Shown: positions 6,905 through 16,162 of the stretch, piece after piece
Layout: the number at the start of each line of letters is the position of its first letter
How positions within the stretch are numbered: the stretch's first letter is position 1
DNA from: a virus
Taxonomy: Duplodnaviria > Caudoviricetes
Reading direction: 5' to 3' (one strand)
Virus record (IMG/VR): IMGVR_UViG_3300029319_000053
Span: 1-57,682 of that record
DNA: 57,682 nt
The notes under the pieces: model-generated
Told to the model about the DNA's origin: nothing
The model's input: only the letters and a program-made list of their open reading frames with translations
Databases searched by the model: none
Program-made: the position numbers and the translations under genes

Positions 6905-8010
6905 TGAATCAATTGTTTGTAAAAGCTAGATCCCGTCTTGTGCTAGACAACCCATTCTTTGGTACTTTGTGTCTTAGACAAAAACCTACTGAGTGGGAAG
7001 AACCGACTGGCGCGGTGGACGGCAAGCATTTATTTTACAATCCAAAATGGTTTGAAAGTCTTACAGAACTAGAACGTGTGGGTTTTCTAGCGCACGAAGT
7101 TATGCACCTTGTTCTTATGCATCACACACGTAGACAAGAACGTAATCCACACAAATGGAACGTGGCTGCTGATTATGCAATCAACAATCATTTACTTGCA
7201 GAAGGTTTTATTCTGCCAAAAGGCGGACTTGTAGATGATCAGTACATCGGCATGTCTACCGAGCAAATCTACAATCTTCTACCGGAACCTCCTTCGGGCT
7301 GGGACTCAGAATTTTGTGATACCGGTGGATGTGGCGGTGTGCTGGACGCTGCAGGTGCAGACGGTACGCAAGCTACACAAAGCGCTATTGAAGCAGAGCT
7401 ACAAGTTGCAATCAACCAAGCTGCAGAAGCAGCCAAAGCTCAAGGTAAATTGTCCGCAAACATGGAGTCTATTGTTTCTGATATTACAGAACCAAAAGTA
7501 GATTGGAAGAATGTACTAGCAAGGTTTCTACGTGCTAACAACAAGTCCGATTTCACATGGGCTAGACCAAACAGAAGATTTATTGCATCTGGTATGTATT
7601 TGCCATCTCTTCACAATCCATGTCTAGAAGAGATTGCAATCGCTGTAGATACTTCAGGTTCTATATCAGATGATGAATTGACACAGTTCACCACAGAAAC
7701 TTCGTACATACTGCATGAGCTCAATCCTGAACGTGTGCAGTTTGTACAATGTGACGCAGAAGTAAATGATGTCACTGAATATACTCGTGAATCATTGCCT
7801 CTCAAAGTTACATACAAAGGTCGAGGCGGTACTAGTTTTGCGCCAGTCATTGACTACATCAACGAGCATCATCCTAATGTTGCTGCTCTTGTGTACTTGA
7901 CTGATCTTGAAGCTTGCCAAGACGACTTTGGTGACAAACCACATTACCCAGTGCTTTGGGTAACTACACAAGCAGAGGAGGCTCCTTATGGAGAAGTTAT
8001 CAAAATGTAA
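6901..8010 (+). CDS. Metallopeptidase-like plus VWA domain protein (DUF2201 type), partner of the MoxR ATPase
   Basis: HEVMH zinc motif, WNVAADYAIN, MIDAS VDTSGS, GRGGTSF, YLTD. Confidence 0.92.
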   Translation: MMNQLFVKARSRLVLDNPFFGTLCLRQKPTEWEEPTGAVDGKHLFYNPKWFESLTELERVGFLAHEVMHLVLMHHTRRQERNPHKWNVAADYAINNHLLAEGFILPKGGLVDDQYIGMSTEQIYNLLPEPPSGWDSEFCDTGGCGGVLDAAGADGTQATQSAIEAELQVAINQAAEAAKAQGKLSANMESIVSDITEPKVDWKNVLARFLRANNKSDFTWARPNRRFIASGMYLPSLHNPCLEEIAIAVDTSGSISDDELTQFTTETSYILHELNPERVQFVQCDAEVNDVTEYTRESLPLKVTYKGRGGTSFAPVIDYINEHHPNVAALVYLTDLEACQDDFGDKPHYPVLWVTTQAEEAPYGEVIKM

Positions 8011-8167
8011 ACAATACGTTCAAGAGTTTGGCGTGTCTGTGTTGACCGGCACAGCTATATTGTTTTTGTTGTTCGGTCTTGCAACTAGTATTCATTACTC
8101 GTTGATTTTATTTGGTGTCGGGGTTGGCCTTGGCTGTATATTTTATTTACTATGGAGGATTATCTAA
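7988..8167 (+). CDS. 59-aa two-TM membrane protein
   Basis: Translated by hand (MEKLSKCKQYVQEFGVSVLTGTAILFLLFGL...); GAGGAGG RBS. Confidence 0.65.
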   Translation: MEKLSKCKQYVQEFGVSVLTGTAILFLLFGLATSIHYSLILFGVGVGLGCIFYLLWRII

Positions 8168-8319
8168 TGGGAAGTGTTGTATCGTCAGTTACCACAGCAT
8201 TGTGGATATTGATTGAACTTATTCAATTTGCATACATGGCCTATCTAATGTGGCTAAGGAGGAATGATGTTACTAGTAGGCATACTGTCCGCGCTAGGAC
8301 TGCTTTTGCTGGCGCTTAA
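8167..8319 (+). CDS. 50-aa membrane peptide
   Basis: Translated by hand (MGSVVSSVTTALWILIELIQFAYMAYLMWLRR...); GGAGG RBS; TAATG coupling. Confidence 0.55.
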   Translation: MGSVVSSVTTALWILIELIQFAYMAYLMWLRRNDVTSRHTVRARTAFAGA

Positions 8320-8599
8320 AGCTGGCGGGCGTAAAACAATTGGTCACGATATTTTTGTTGACGTATTGATTACTGTTACATTGATGGTTTGTTTCTATGG
8401 CACTTTCAGTGGCATGGCTGCTGCTATGGTTGGTGGTCTTTGTGCTTCTATTGTTTTGTTTATTATGAAGAAAACAATGGTGCATGAAAAACTAAAGGTT
8501 ACTAAAGTAAACAAAACTGTTATGACTAAACCTTTTACTGTCAAAGTTCCAACTGTCAAAACTGGTTGGCAAAGAGTAGAACCAACTTGGAGAAGGTAA
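8264..8599 (+). CDS. Multi-TM membrane protein
   Basis: AAGGAGG RBS; three hydrophobic segments; GTFSGMAAAMVGG. Confidence 0.8.
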   Translation: MMLLVGILSALGLLLLALKAGGRKTIGHDIFVDVLITVTLMVCFYGTFSGMAAAMVGGLCASIVLFIMKKTMVHEKLKVTKVNKTVMTKPFTVKVPTVKTGWQRVEPTWRR

Positions 8600-8817
8600 T
8601 GAGTATAAATAAAGAAGAACAAGCGCATTACAAACTATATAGTGACTTAGATGAAATAAGTGCAAATGCCTTAGAATGTCTAAGTCCTGTGCATGTTATA
8701 GCATCTGGCATAGATTACTATTTAACCCAAGCATACAAATCCGCTCCTTCGCCAGAGCAAGCGGAAGTGCTTATTGATGCATCTGTAAAAAGAGCAAAGG
8801 AGGAAAACAATGGCTAG
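8599..8817 (+). CDS. Hypothetical protein (likely start 8599)
   Basis: TAATG coupling; ORF track frame. Confidence 0.65.
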   Translation: MSINKEEQAHYKLYSDLDEISANALECLSPVHVIASGIDYYLTQAYKSAPSPEQAEVLIDASVKRAKEENNG

Positions 8818-9658
8818 TGTACAAATGTCACAAAGACTACGAGATGATATAGCTGACGCATATGAGAAACAATTACATCTTGCATATAGAAAAGAACACA
8901 ATGTGCAACCTGCTGTAGATTATGTTATGTCTACTATACAAGATGATGAGTTTAATGTTCTTATGGCAACAGCTGAACAGTACGAAAATCTTTCACAAAA
9001 ACTAGATCAAAAATATGGAGACCCAAGCAGACGTGGCTATTACAATAGTACTTTAGGTTTTTCTGTAGAAAGAAATTTAATTAAACAAGTAGATAGCATA
9101 GCTGTTATATGTAATCCAAATAGACCAAAAGAAGATAACATGACTATTCTTTTTGATTGGTCGACTGCTTATCAAGAAACTATTGGTGCAGGCAACAAAC
9201 CGGAAAAATACCCACCTAGTGATAACTGGGTTGAAGGAGATGTGCCTGTGCGTATAGAAAAATTACAGTCTTTTATGGCACCTGTAGTGACACGTCTTGA
9301 ACTTAACAGAGGGTGGGGTCAACAAAAATTTTATGCTCCATATGCTGATTGCGCATACGTTATTACTGAACCTACAATTTGTGAACAACTTATGCCTATT
9401 GGTCAAATAGAAGACCAAGCAGCAAAAGATTTACAAACTTTCAAAGAATATATTGCAAAGATAACTACTCTTAAAAAGTTTCTTGATGAGTGGCCTGGTG
9501 GTAAAGATTTGGTGCCAGAAGAAGACATACAACGTATGACTAAAAAGGTTGTAAGAAAAGCACCTGAAAAAAATACACCAGAAAAAATCATACCAGATGT
9601 TTTGAAAGAGCAGATGAATGAGGTAATATTAACTAATAAACTATTGGGGGACGACTAA
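8810..9658 (+). CDS. Nmad5-like protein, paralogue B
   Basis: N-terminal VQMSQRLRDDIADA; C-terminal ITTLKKFLDEWPGGKDLVP resembles the Nmad5 TLKKLxExWPE signature. Confidence 0.65.
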   Translation: MASVQMSQRLRDDIADAYEKQLHLAYRKEHNVQPAVDYVMSTIQDDEFNVLMATAEQYENLSQKLDQKYGDPSRRGYYNSTLGFSVERNLIKQVDSIAVICNPNRPKEDNMTILFDWSTAYQETIGAGNKPEKYPPSDNWVEGDVPVRIEKLQSFMAPVVTRLELNRGWGQQKFYAPYADCAYVITEPTICEQLMPIGQIEDQAAKDLQTFKEYIAKITTLKKFLDEWPGGKDLVPEEDIQRMTKKVVRKAPEKNTPEKIIPDVLKEQMNEVILTNKLLGDD

Positions 9659-9843
9659 TGGAATTAGTAAATGAAACACAATGGCAATACAATTCAGAAT
9701 TTTCATATGAAGCTAATATGGCTAACTGGATTGATGCTGTTCATTTTGAACGTAAAAGATACCAAGAAACTCAATTAACGCATGAACAAGCGGTAATGAA
9801 GTTCAAAGAATTATACCCGAGGAACGAATATGGGCAGACTTAA
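9658..9843 (+). CDS. Hypothetical protein (61 aa)
   Basis: TAATG coupling; WQYNSEFSYEANMANW. Confidence 0.7.
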   Translation: MELVNETQWQYNSEFSYEANMANWIDAVHFERKRYQETQLTHEQAVMKFKELYPRNEYGQT

Positions 9844-10033
9844 AGCAGCAATGATGGACATAGGTGAAGAAGCCATGACTCATGGCGTTGAGCCTACTGC
9901 CAGCAAGTATGCTATGTCTACAGATGATGTCCAAATGTGTATTATGTTTGCATGTGCTTACGACGGCACTTGGACAGACTTTGTACGAGAACACCCAGAC
10001 TTTGATCCGCGCAACGGTATAAACATTCATTAA
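9830..10033 (+). CDS. Hypothetical protein (67 aa)
   Basis: GAGGA RBS; overlaps the previous gene. Confidence 0.7.
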   Translation: MGRLKAAMMDIGEEAMTHGVEPTASKYAMSTDDVQMCIMFACAYDGTWTDFVREHPDFDPRNGINIH

Positions 10034-10036
10034 ATT

Positions 10037-10161
10037 TAACTCCCTTGAGGAAGAGCCTTCCGAGGTTGGCAGAGCACGTGCGGAACGCGATAGAAATGCG
10101 ACCGGCCATCGCGCGATGAGAAGGAGATAGGGAGTTATTCAAACATGCCAAGGAGTGGCAT
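10037..10161 (+). ncRNA. Candidate structured RNA (multibranch domain plus AGGAG-loop hairpin)
   Basis: Stems 10037-10045/10129-10137, 10056-10060/10120-10124, 10064-10069/10102-10107; hairpin ATGCCA-AGGAG-TGGCAT at 10145-10161. Confidence 0.5.
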
Positions 10162-10165
10162 TAGT

Positions 10166-10199
10166 ATAGCCCAAGATTCGGTGTTCCGGCTTGGGCTAT
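10166..10199. terminator. Hairpin between convergent units, probable terminator
   Basis: ATAGCCCAAG/CTTGGGCTAT 10-bp stem. Confidence 0.65.
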
Positions 10200-10210
10200 G
10201 CGTCTTTAAC

Positions 10211-10621
10211 TTAAGATACGTATATCCAAAGTTCAAGTGTACCAGTTGCAACGTCTGAACCTGGAGCTACTTGACATGTGATATCAATCGTATCATCTGC
10301 TGTATACTCTTTAGGTACAACGTTTGCATCAGTTTCATCACCAACACCGGTTTGTCCACATGTTGAACCATCGATGTAGTAATCTGCATCAGAACCATCA
10401 CCGACATCCCAAACAAGAGATGTTGCTCCATCTAAATCACTAGACTTAAGGAACACTCCATGGACTGTCTCACCAGCAAAGACATCTACCATTTGATAAA
10501 CATCATTTGCATTAGGTGCTGCGCTTATTGTGATTTTTCCCTTTCTTACACCCATATTTCCACTTGGGAAAGGTTTGAAAGCTTGGTTACCACTGACCAT
10601 ATCGCTTGTAAATGTTGCCAT
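10211..10621 (-). CDS. Beta-rich virion-type protein, capsid cement/decoration-like (start 10621, 136 aa)
   Basis: AAGGTG RBS; SSDLDGATSLVWDVGD...YTADDTIDIT...TGTLELWIY resembles jelly-roll decoration proteins; lone - strand gene in the + arm. Confidence 0.65.
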   Translation of the reverse strand: MATFTSDMVSGNQAFKPFPSGNMGVRKGKITISAAPNANDVYQMVDVFAGETVHGVFLKSSDLDGATSLVWDVGDGSDADYYIDGSTCGQTGVGDETDANVVPKEYTADDTIDITCQVAPGSDVATGTLELWIYVS

Positions 10622-10669
10622 TTTTTCACCTTTAGTTGTTATGTCACCCAAAATTAGGTAACATCTATA

Positions 10670-10698
10670 GTCATAAAGACAAGAATGCATTTTGTCAA
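10670..10698 (-). promoter_or_regulatory. Putative sigma70 promoter (TTGACA-N17-TATGAC) for 10211..10621
   Basis: Perfect -35, imperfect -10. Confidence 0.45.
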
Positions 10699-10720
10699 GT
10701 TTAATTAACGGAGTAATTAA

Positions 10721-10933
10721 ATGCCCCCAAAACATGTTTGGGTTAAAAGAAACCCCATACACCCATATACATACAATAATCCCGATGATTTACCATACAT
10801 ACAATGGAAGTATGTAAAGCTTTCTGTTGCATACAATATGTATACCAGTAAACAAATTGGTTGGGAGCGTGCAAAAAAACACGAGTACAAAAACTGGTGT
10901 ATAAAAATGCAAAAGTTCAAGGAGGAACTGTAA
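10721..10933 (+). CDS. Hypothetical protein (70 aa)
   Basis: GGAG RBS; TAATG coupling to the polymerase. Confidence 0.65.
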   Translation: MPPKHVWVKRNPIHPYTYNNPDDLPYIQWKYVKLSVAYNMYTSKQIGWERAKKHEYKNWCIKMQKFKEEL

Positions 10934-12732
10934 TGCAAAAAATTTATTTGGATTTCGAAACTTACTACGATGTACAACTGTCGCTTACAAAGATGTCAAC
11001 AGTTCAATACATTAATCACCCTGATTTCAAAGTTTGGGGCGTAGGAATAAAGGTTGAAGATAATGAAACTGAGTGGTACTCAGAAGATGAGACCCCCTCC
11101 GTTTTGGAACAAATCGATTGGGCTAATACTGCCGTCGTTTGCCATAATACATTATTTGACGCTTACATTCTTACACAATACTTCGGATACAGACCTGCGT
11201 TTTATTACGACACTGCGGCCATGAGCCGGGGTTTGTATCCGAATTTGTCTGCTCGACTAAAAGATTGTGTCGTGCGTGAATTTCCATCAGATCTTTCTAA
11301 ACGTAAAGGAGAAGAACTGGTAAACGCCAAATCTGTACGTGATTTAGATCCTGAACTTGACGCACAAATCGGCAGCTACTGTATTCAGGACGTTGACCTG
11401 ACGTACGATCTCTTTCAAAGTTATATTCGTAATTATCCGGACAAAGAAATCCGCATCATTGATTTGACTGTACGAATGTTTGTAGAACCAAAACTTATAT
11501 TAGACCGTGGACTACTGACAACTTACAAAGATGATATAGCAACTCGCACAGAACAAGCGATCCTGGCTTCGGGTACTACACGAGAGGTTCTTGCTTCACA
11601 AGTCAAGTTCAAAGAACATCTTGAATCATTAGATATTGTAGTGCCTACAAAGAAAAGTCCAACCACAGGCCAACAAATACCTGCGTTCGGTAAAAACGAC
11701 AGTGCTTACATACAAATGTGTAATATGTATCCAGAACATTCGAACATTTGGGAAGCCCGTGAGCTGGTAAAGTCACGTATAGAAGAAACCAGAGCGCAAC
11801 GATTTATTGACTCTACCAACCCTGATGGTACGTTCAGCGTACCGCTGCGTTACTATGCCGCACATACAGGTCGTTTTGGTGGCTCGGACAAAATCAACCT
11901 GCAGAACCTGCCAAGAGGCTCAACACTTAGACGTGCAATCATGGCCCCTGAAGGACAACGATTGTACATAGCTGACTTATCTAATATCGAAGCACGTATG
12001 CTAGCCTGGCTGGCTAAAGAGCACGAACTCGTGCAGGCTTTTGCCACAGGCCGTGATGTATATTGTGAATTTGCTTCACAAATATATGGTCGCACAATTA
12101 CTAAAGATGACAAGCTAGAAAGATATGTAGGTAAAACAGCTATACTCGGTCTGGGGTACGGAATGGGGGCCGATAAGTTTAAGCTAACGCTCAAAACTGG
12201 CTCCCCCTCCGTTGAAATATCTGATTCTGTAGCGCAAAATATTGTTATGCAATATCGAGGTATGTATCCAAACATACCAAGATTGTGGTCAGGTATGAAA
12301 GACGCACTTTTTCAGATGGTAAACCCACGCGGTGTAGGCCTGAAGTACGGACCCCTTACCATCAACCGAAGAGCTCTTTTATTACCAAACAATATGTCTC
12401 TTAGTTATCCAGACTTACGATACCAAGGTGGAGAGTTTGTGTACGATACCAGCAAGGGCACATACATACGTACGCATGGGCCTCGAGTTACGGAGAATGT
12501 TGTTCAAGCACTTGCTCGTATTGTTATCACTGACCAAATGTTGGACATACAATCGTTGCCACAAGTAGACATTGTTTTACAGGTGCATGATGAGATTATA
12601 GCTATTGGTTCAAAGCTAGAAGCAGATGATACAATGAATAAAATTATTGACATTATGCGTACCCCACCTGAATGGTGTAACGATTTACCGCTCGATGCTG
12701 AAGGGGGAGTAAGTAAAATATATGACAAATAA
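10933..12732 (+). CDS. polA: Family A DNA polymerase with 3'-5' exonuclease (start 10933, 599 aa)
   Basis: ExoI LDFETY, ExoII HNTLFD, ExoIII YCIQDV; TGRF, NLQNLP; motif A DLSNIEAR, motif B RYVGKTAILGLGYG, motif C VHDE; AGGAGG RBS. Confidence 0.96.
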   Translation: MQKIYLDFETYYDVQLSLTKMSTVQYINHPDFKVWGVGIKVEDNETEWYSEDETPSVLEQIDWANTAVVCHNTLFDAYILTQYFGYRPAFYYDTAAMSRGLYPNLSARLKDCVVREFPSDLSKRKGEELVNAKSVRDLDPELDAQIGSYCIQDVDLTYDLFQSYIRNYPDKEIRIIDLTVRMFVEPKLILDRGLLTTYKDDIATRTEQAILASGTTREVLASQVKFKEHLESLDIVVPTKKSPTTGQQIPAFGKNDSAYIQMCNMYPEHSNIWEARELVKSRIEETRAQRFIDSTNPDGTFSVPLRYYAAHTGRFGGSDKINLQNLPRGSTLRRAIMAPEGQRLYIADLSNIEARMLAWLAKEHELVQAFATGRDVYCEFASQIYGRTITKDDKLERYVGKTAILGLGYGMGADKFKLTLKTGSPSVEISDSVAQNIVMQYRGMYPNIPRLWSGMKDALFQMVNPRGVGLKYGPLTINRRALLLPNNMSLSYPDLRYQGGEFVYDTSKGTYIRTHGPRVTENVVQALARIVITDQMLDIQSLPQVDIVLQVHDEIIAIGSKLEADDTMNKIIDIMRTPPEWCNDLPLDAEGGVSKIYDK

Positions 12733-12907
12733 AAATTTAATACTTACTAGAAAAAAAGCCGAACGTGTAGTTGTTCATGTCCAGGGAAAGAAAATATGTA
12801 CGATAACTGTTACAGATATTTCTCAAAAATCTTGTAAATTAGGTTTTGAAGCAGATAAGTCTGTACGTATAGATAGAGAGGAAGTATACTTAGATAAGGA
12901 GATTTAA
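12722..12907 (+). CDS. csrA: CsrA/RsmA family RNA-binding translational regulator
   Basis: LILTRKKAERVVV...ITV...KLGFEADKSVRIDREEVY aligns with E. coli CsrA MLILTRRVGE...RIGVNAPKEVSVHREEIY; the Arg44 equivalent is retained. Confidence 0.88.
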   Translation: MTNKNLILTRKKAERVVVHVQGKKICTITVTDISQKSCKLGFEADKSVRIDREEVYLDKEI

Positions 12908-12909
12908 TT

Positions 12910-15399
12910 ATGGAAGTTGTGTTCTTAAAAGCTAAAAAACCTTTGGCTAAAGAAATATCAGAAGAAGGCATTAAACCATATCCACTTACTAAAAACTTTA
13001 CTTCAGAACATTTTGATATTTCTACAGACCAAAAAGGTTTAAATAAATTATATAAATTACTTACGGATCAAGCTGCAAACGGAGCTTGTTTGCACAAAGG
13101 TTCTCTTAAACGTCCACTTAAAGATGAATCAAGAGCCTTTATGTCAGAACGTGCAAAAACAACGGAAATGTTGGTATTAGATGTAGACGGATTACATACA
13201 TCTAATCCAGGTGATCTTCAAGCACTTGCCGAAAAAATCGTACTACAATTACCTGAAGCCTTTCATAACGTATCGTATATAGCTCAAGCTTCAGCTTCAT
13301 TAGGATTTAAGAAGAATACTGTTTCTTTACATTTGTTTTTTCTTTTAGACATGCCCGTACATCCAAAAACTCTGAAGGACTTTATACGCATGGTAAATTA
13401 CAACAGTGATTTTCTTGCAGAACAAATAACATTATCAGCAAATGGTCAAAGTCTTTCGTACATACTTGACCCTTCAGTTGCAGATAATAGTAAATTAATT
13501 TATATTGCACCACCAAAGTTTGTTGGTGTAGAAGACCCCTACCCAAATAATAGATTCATCAAGGTTGACCGTGGTTCGCCAACCCTCGAGATCTCCTCTA
13601 CTTTAATTGGCGTCAATCCAGAAAAAGTGCACGCTTTAGGATTACAAATTAAAGATAATCTAAGGAAGAAAAACAACCTTCCAAAGAGAGTAGGCAAAGT
13701 AACTACGGTCAACGTTGCTGGTGAAGCGCACGAAGTACTACAAAACCCAGACAAAATGACCATCCAGATCTCTCGTGTGTACGAACCTTTTGTTAACTGT
13801 AATGTAAATGGAGGCGACAGCGGAGGTTATTACTTTGTACTTACTAACCCACATTACATGTATAACTTTAAAGGAGAACCTATTTGGGAAATAGAAAAAG
13901 CAGACCCAGACTTTTATAGAAGTATATTTGAAATATTTGCAGATAAAATAGATACAGAATCTAAAAAGAAACCAATAGTCTTACGAGACTTTTTTACAGA
14001 TACATATTACAACGGAGTGTATGATGAAACAAAACAACAATTTGACGACAGCTACCCACTTACGCCCACAGGCAAAAGTAGTATTAACGATTTTCTTAAG
14101 TCTCATGGTCGCCCTACCATGGATTTTGTTCCAGACGCTCGTGTCGTATTTGATCCTAGTAGTGACAAAGGTGTTGACTTGGAAACCGTTCCATATTCAG
14201 TAAATTTATTTAGGCGTACGCCCTATATGCTGCGTGCAGAAGAAAACGTAAAAGAATTATCGTACGGTGAAGCCATTCAGATAGCAAAAATTGCACCTAA
14301 TTTTTACAAACTAGTTATGCACGCGCTTGGTAATGGCAAACCAGAATTTGAACATTTTATAAATTGGCTTGCGTACATTTACCAGCATAAAAAGAAAACA
14401 ATGACTGCGTGGATATTTACTGGCATACCGGGTACTGGTAAAGGTTTATTTATTCATAAAATACTAAAACCTTTATTTGGTGAACAACAAACACCCATGA
14501 GAGCTTTAGAAAATATAGAAGAACAATTTAACTTATATATGAGAACAGCATTGTTTCTTGTAGTTGATGAGTTTCGTATGGCTGATTCAGGATCTGTAGG
14601 ACGTATGGCCGACAAATTAAAACACCAAATTACAGAACCTAATCTTACTATAAGAGCAATGCGTACAAATCAAATCGAACTGCCATCTTTTACAAACTTT
14701 ATCTTTCTTACTAACAGAGCAGATGCAGTCAAGATTGAAGACAGTGACAGAAGATACAACGTAGCGCCACGACAAGAACAAAAAATAGAAAACGTACATC
14801 CAGATCTCCTGGAGAATTTGTCCGTGTTAGAACCAGAGTTGTATATAGTTGCTGGTGTACTACAGAAATTTGTGGTAAATGAACGTATGGCTCACACAGC
14901 ATTAGAAAACGATGCAAAAAAAGAAATGAAAGAAGTGTCTATGTCTATTCTTGAAGAATTTGCAAATGCAATACGTACACGTAACCTTGAGTACTTTACG
15001 GACGTGTTAGATATACCGCTTGCAAATACATTTGACGCAGGTGGTATTAGTACAGCACAAAGATATTTAAAAGACTGGTTAGCTAGCGCAGGTCAAGAAC
15101 AAGTCATACCATTAGCTCATTTTAAAGTAGTGTATGACGTTCTTACTGACAGTCGTAATACTTTGTCTCAACGTGAGTTTTCGAAACGTATGTCCAGGCT
15201 AAACATTAAAACTGCACGTAAACGTATAAGTAAAGATCGTACAGCCGGCATACCCCGTGGGGTTGTGTTGACATGGAAAATAGATAATAATGTATTGCAA
15301 CAGTTAATAAAAGAACACTTTGACGAACGGGATTTAAATTTATTAGATAATGGACAATCTAACGCAACCCAATCGTCCAGACCTAATAGCAACAGTTGA
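12910..15399 (+). CDS. Primase-helicase (AEP/prim-pol-like N-terminus, SF3/DUF5906-like NTPase C-terminus)
   Basis: VLDVDG and SLHLFF in the N-terminus; Walker A GIPGTGKG, Walker B LVVDE, FLTN, DRRYNV. Confidence 0.85.
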   Translation: MEVVFLKAKKPLAKEISEEGIKPYPLTKNFTSEHFDISTDQKGLNKLYKLLTDQAANGACLHKGSLKRPLKDESRAFMSERAKTTEMLVLDVDGLHTSNPGDLQALAEKIVLQLPEAFHNVSYIAQASASLGFKKNTVSLHLFFLLDMPVHPKTLKDFIRMVNYNSDFLAEQITLSANGQSLSYILDPSVADNSKLIYIAPPKFVGVEDPYPNNRFIKVDRGSPTLEISSTLIGVNPEKVHALGLQIKDNLRKKNNLPKRVGKVTTVNVAGEAHEVLQNPDKMTIQISRVYEPFVNCNVNGGDSGGYYFVLTNPHYMYNFKGEPIWEIEKADPDFYRSIFEIFADKIDTESKKKPIVLRDFFTDTYYNGVYDETKQQFDDSYPLTPTGKSSINDFLKSHGRPTMDFVPDARVVFDPSSDKGVDLETVPYSVNLFRRTPYMLRAEENVKELSYGEAIQIAKIAPNFYKLVMHALGNGKPEFEHFINWLAYIYQHKKKTMTAWIFTGIPGTGKGLFIHKILKPLFGEQQTPMRALENIEEQFNLYMRTALFLVVDEFRMADSGSVGRMADKLKHQITEPNLTIRAMRTNQIELPSFTNFIFLTNRADAVKIEDSDRRYNVAPRQEQKIENVHPDLLENLSVLEPELYIVAGVLQKFVVNERMAHTALENDAKKEMKEVSMSILEEFANAIRTRNLEYFTDVLDIPLANTFDAGGISTAQRYLKDWLASAGQEQVIPLAHFKVVYDVLTDSRNTLSQREFSKRMSRLNIKTARKRISKDRTAGIPRGVVLTWKIDNNVLQQLIKEHFDERDLNLLDNGQSNATQSSRPNSNS

Positions 15400-16105
15400 G
15401 GTCACGGAGGATTTAGAACTGGGGCTAGTACCCGCATGGTCATACTCCGCTTTAAAAACATTTGAATCTTGCGCTTATCGCACTTATATATCTAAAGTAA
15501 AACGCGTACAAGAAGACTATGGTCCAGCTGCTGAGCGTGGCACACGAATACACGATGAAGCAGAACGTTACGTACGTAGCGAAATCTCTGAGCTACCAGA
15601 GTCACTCAAAAAATTTTCACAAAAATTTTCAGAACTAAAACAACTTTTTGCAGATGGAAAAGTCCAAACTGAAGGAGAATGGGGGTTTACCACTTCTTGG
15701 GAACCGACAGGTTGGATTTCTCCTGATACTTGGGCTCGTGTAAAATTAGATGCACTTGTATGTGAAACTGACACGTCAGCTAGAGTTATAGATTACAAAA
15801 CAGGTAAACAGTTTGGTAATGAAATTGCGCACAGTCAACAAGCACTTATCTATGCTATAGGTACATTCTTTATGTTTCCTGATTTAGAAATAGTAAACAC
15901 AGAACTATGGTATTTAGATCATGGTACTACTATGGAACAAACCTATACGCGAGATGAAGCTATGATCTTTATGCCCAAACTGCATGAGCGAGCAGTAGCT
16001 ATGACTACAGCTACTAAGTTTCCACCAAATCCTTCTACTTACAATTGTAGGTGGTGTTCATTTGGTAAAGGACCAGAACCCCATTGTGAATGGGGAATAT
16101 ATTAG
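15350..16105 (+). CDS. PD-(D/E)XK exonuclease, Cas4/AddB-like with four-Cys cluster
   Basis: WSYSALKTFESC, RGTRIH, KLD, IDYKTG, QxxxYA, CRWC...C. Confidence 0.9.
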   Translation: MDNLTQPNRPDLIATVEVTEDLELGLVPAWSYSALKTFESCAYRTYISKVKRVQEDYGPAAERGTRIHDEAERYVRSEISELPESLKKFSQKFSELKQLFADGKVQTEGEWGFTTSWEPTGWISPDTWARVKLDALVCETDTSARVIDYKTGKQFGNEIAHSQQALIYAIGTFFMFPDLEIVNTELWYLDHGTTMEQTYTRDEAMIFMPKLHERAVAMTTATKFPPNPSTYNCRWCSFGKGPEPHCEWGIY

Positions 16106-16162
16106 TTATAATAAATAAGTTGTACTCACCCAACTAACACAGAGTACTACGGAGAATGAAAG

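Noticed and set aside
10037-10140. tRNA, 6S RNA, SRP RNA or known riboswitch
   Set aside because: No T-loop GTTC/CCA cloverleaf or family consensus recognised by eye; kept only as an unassigned structured element.
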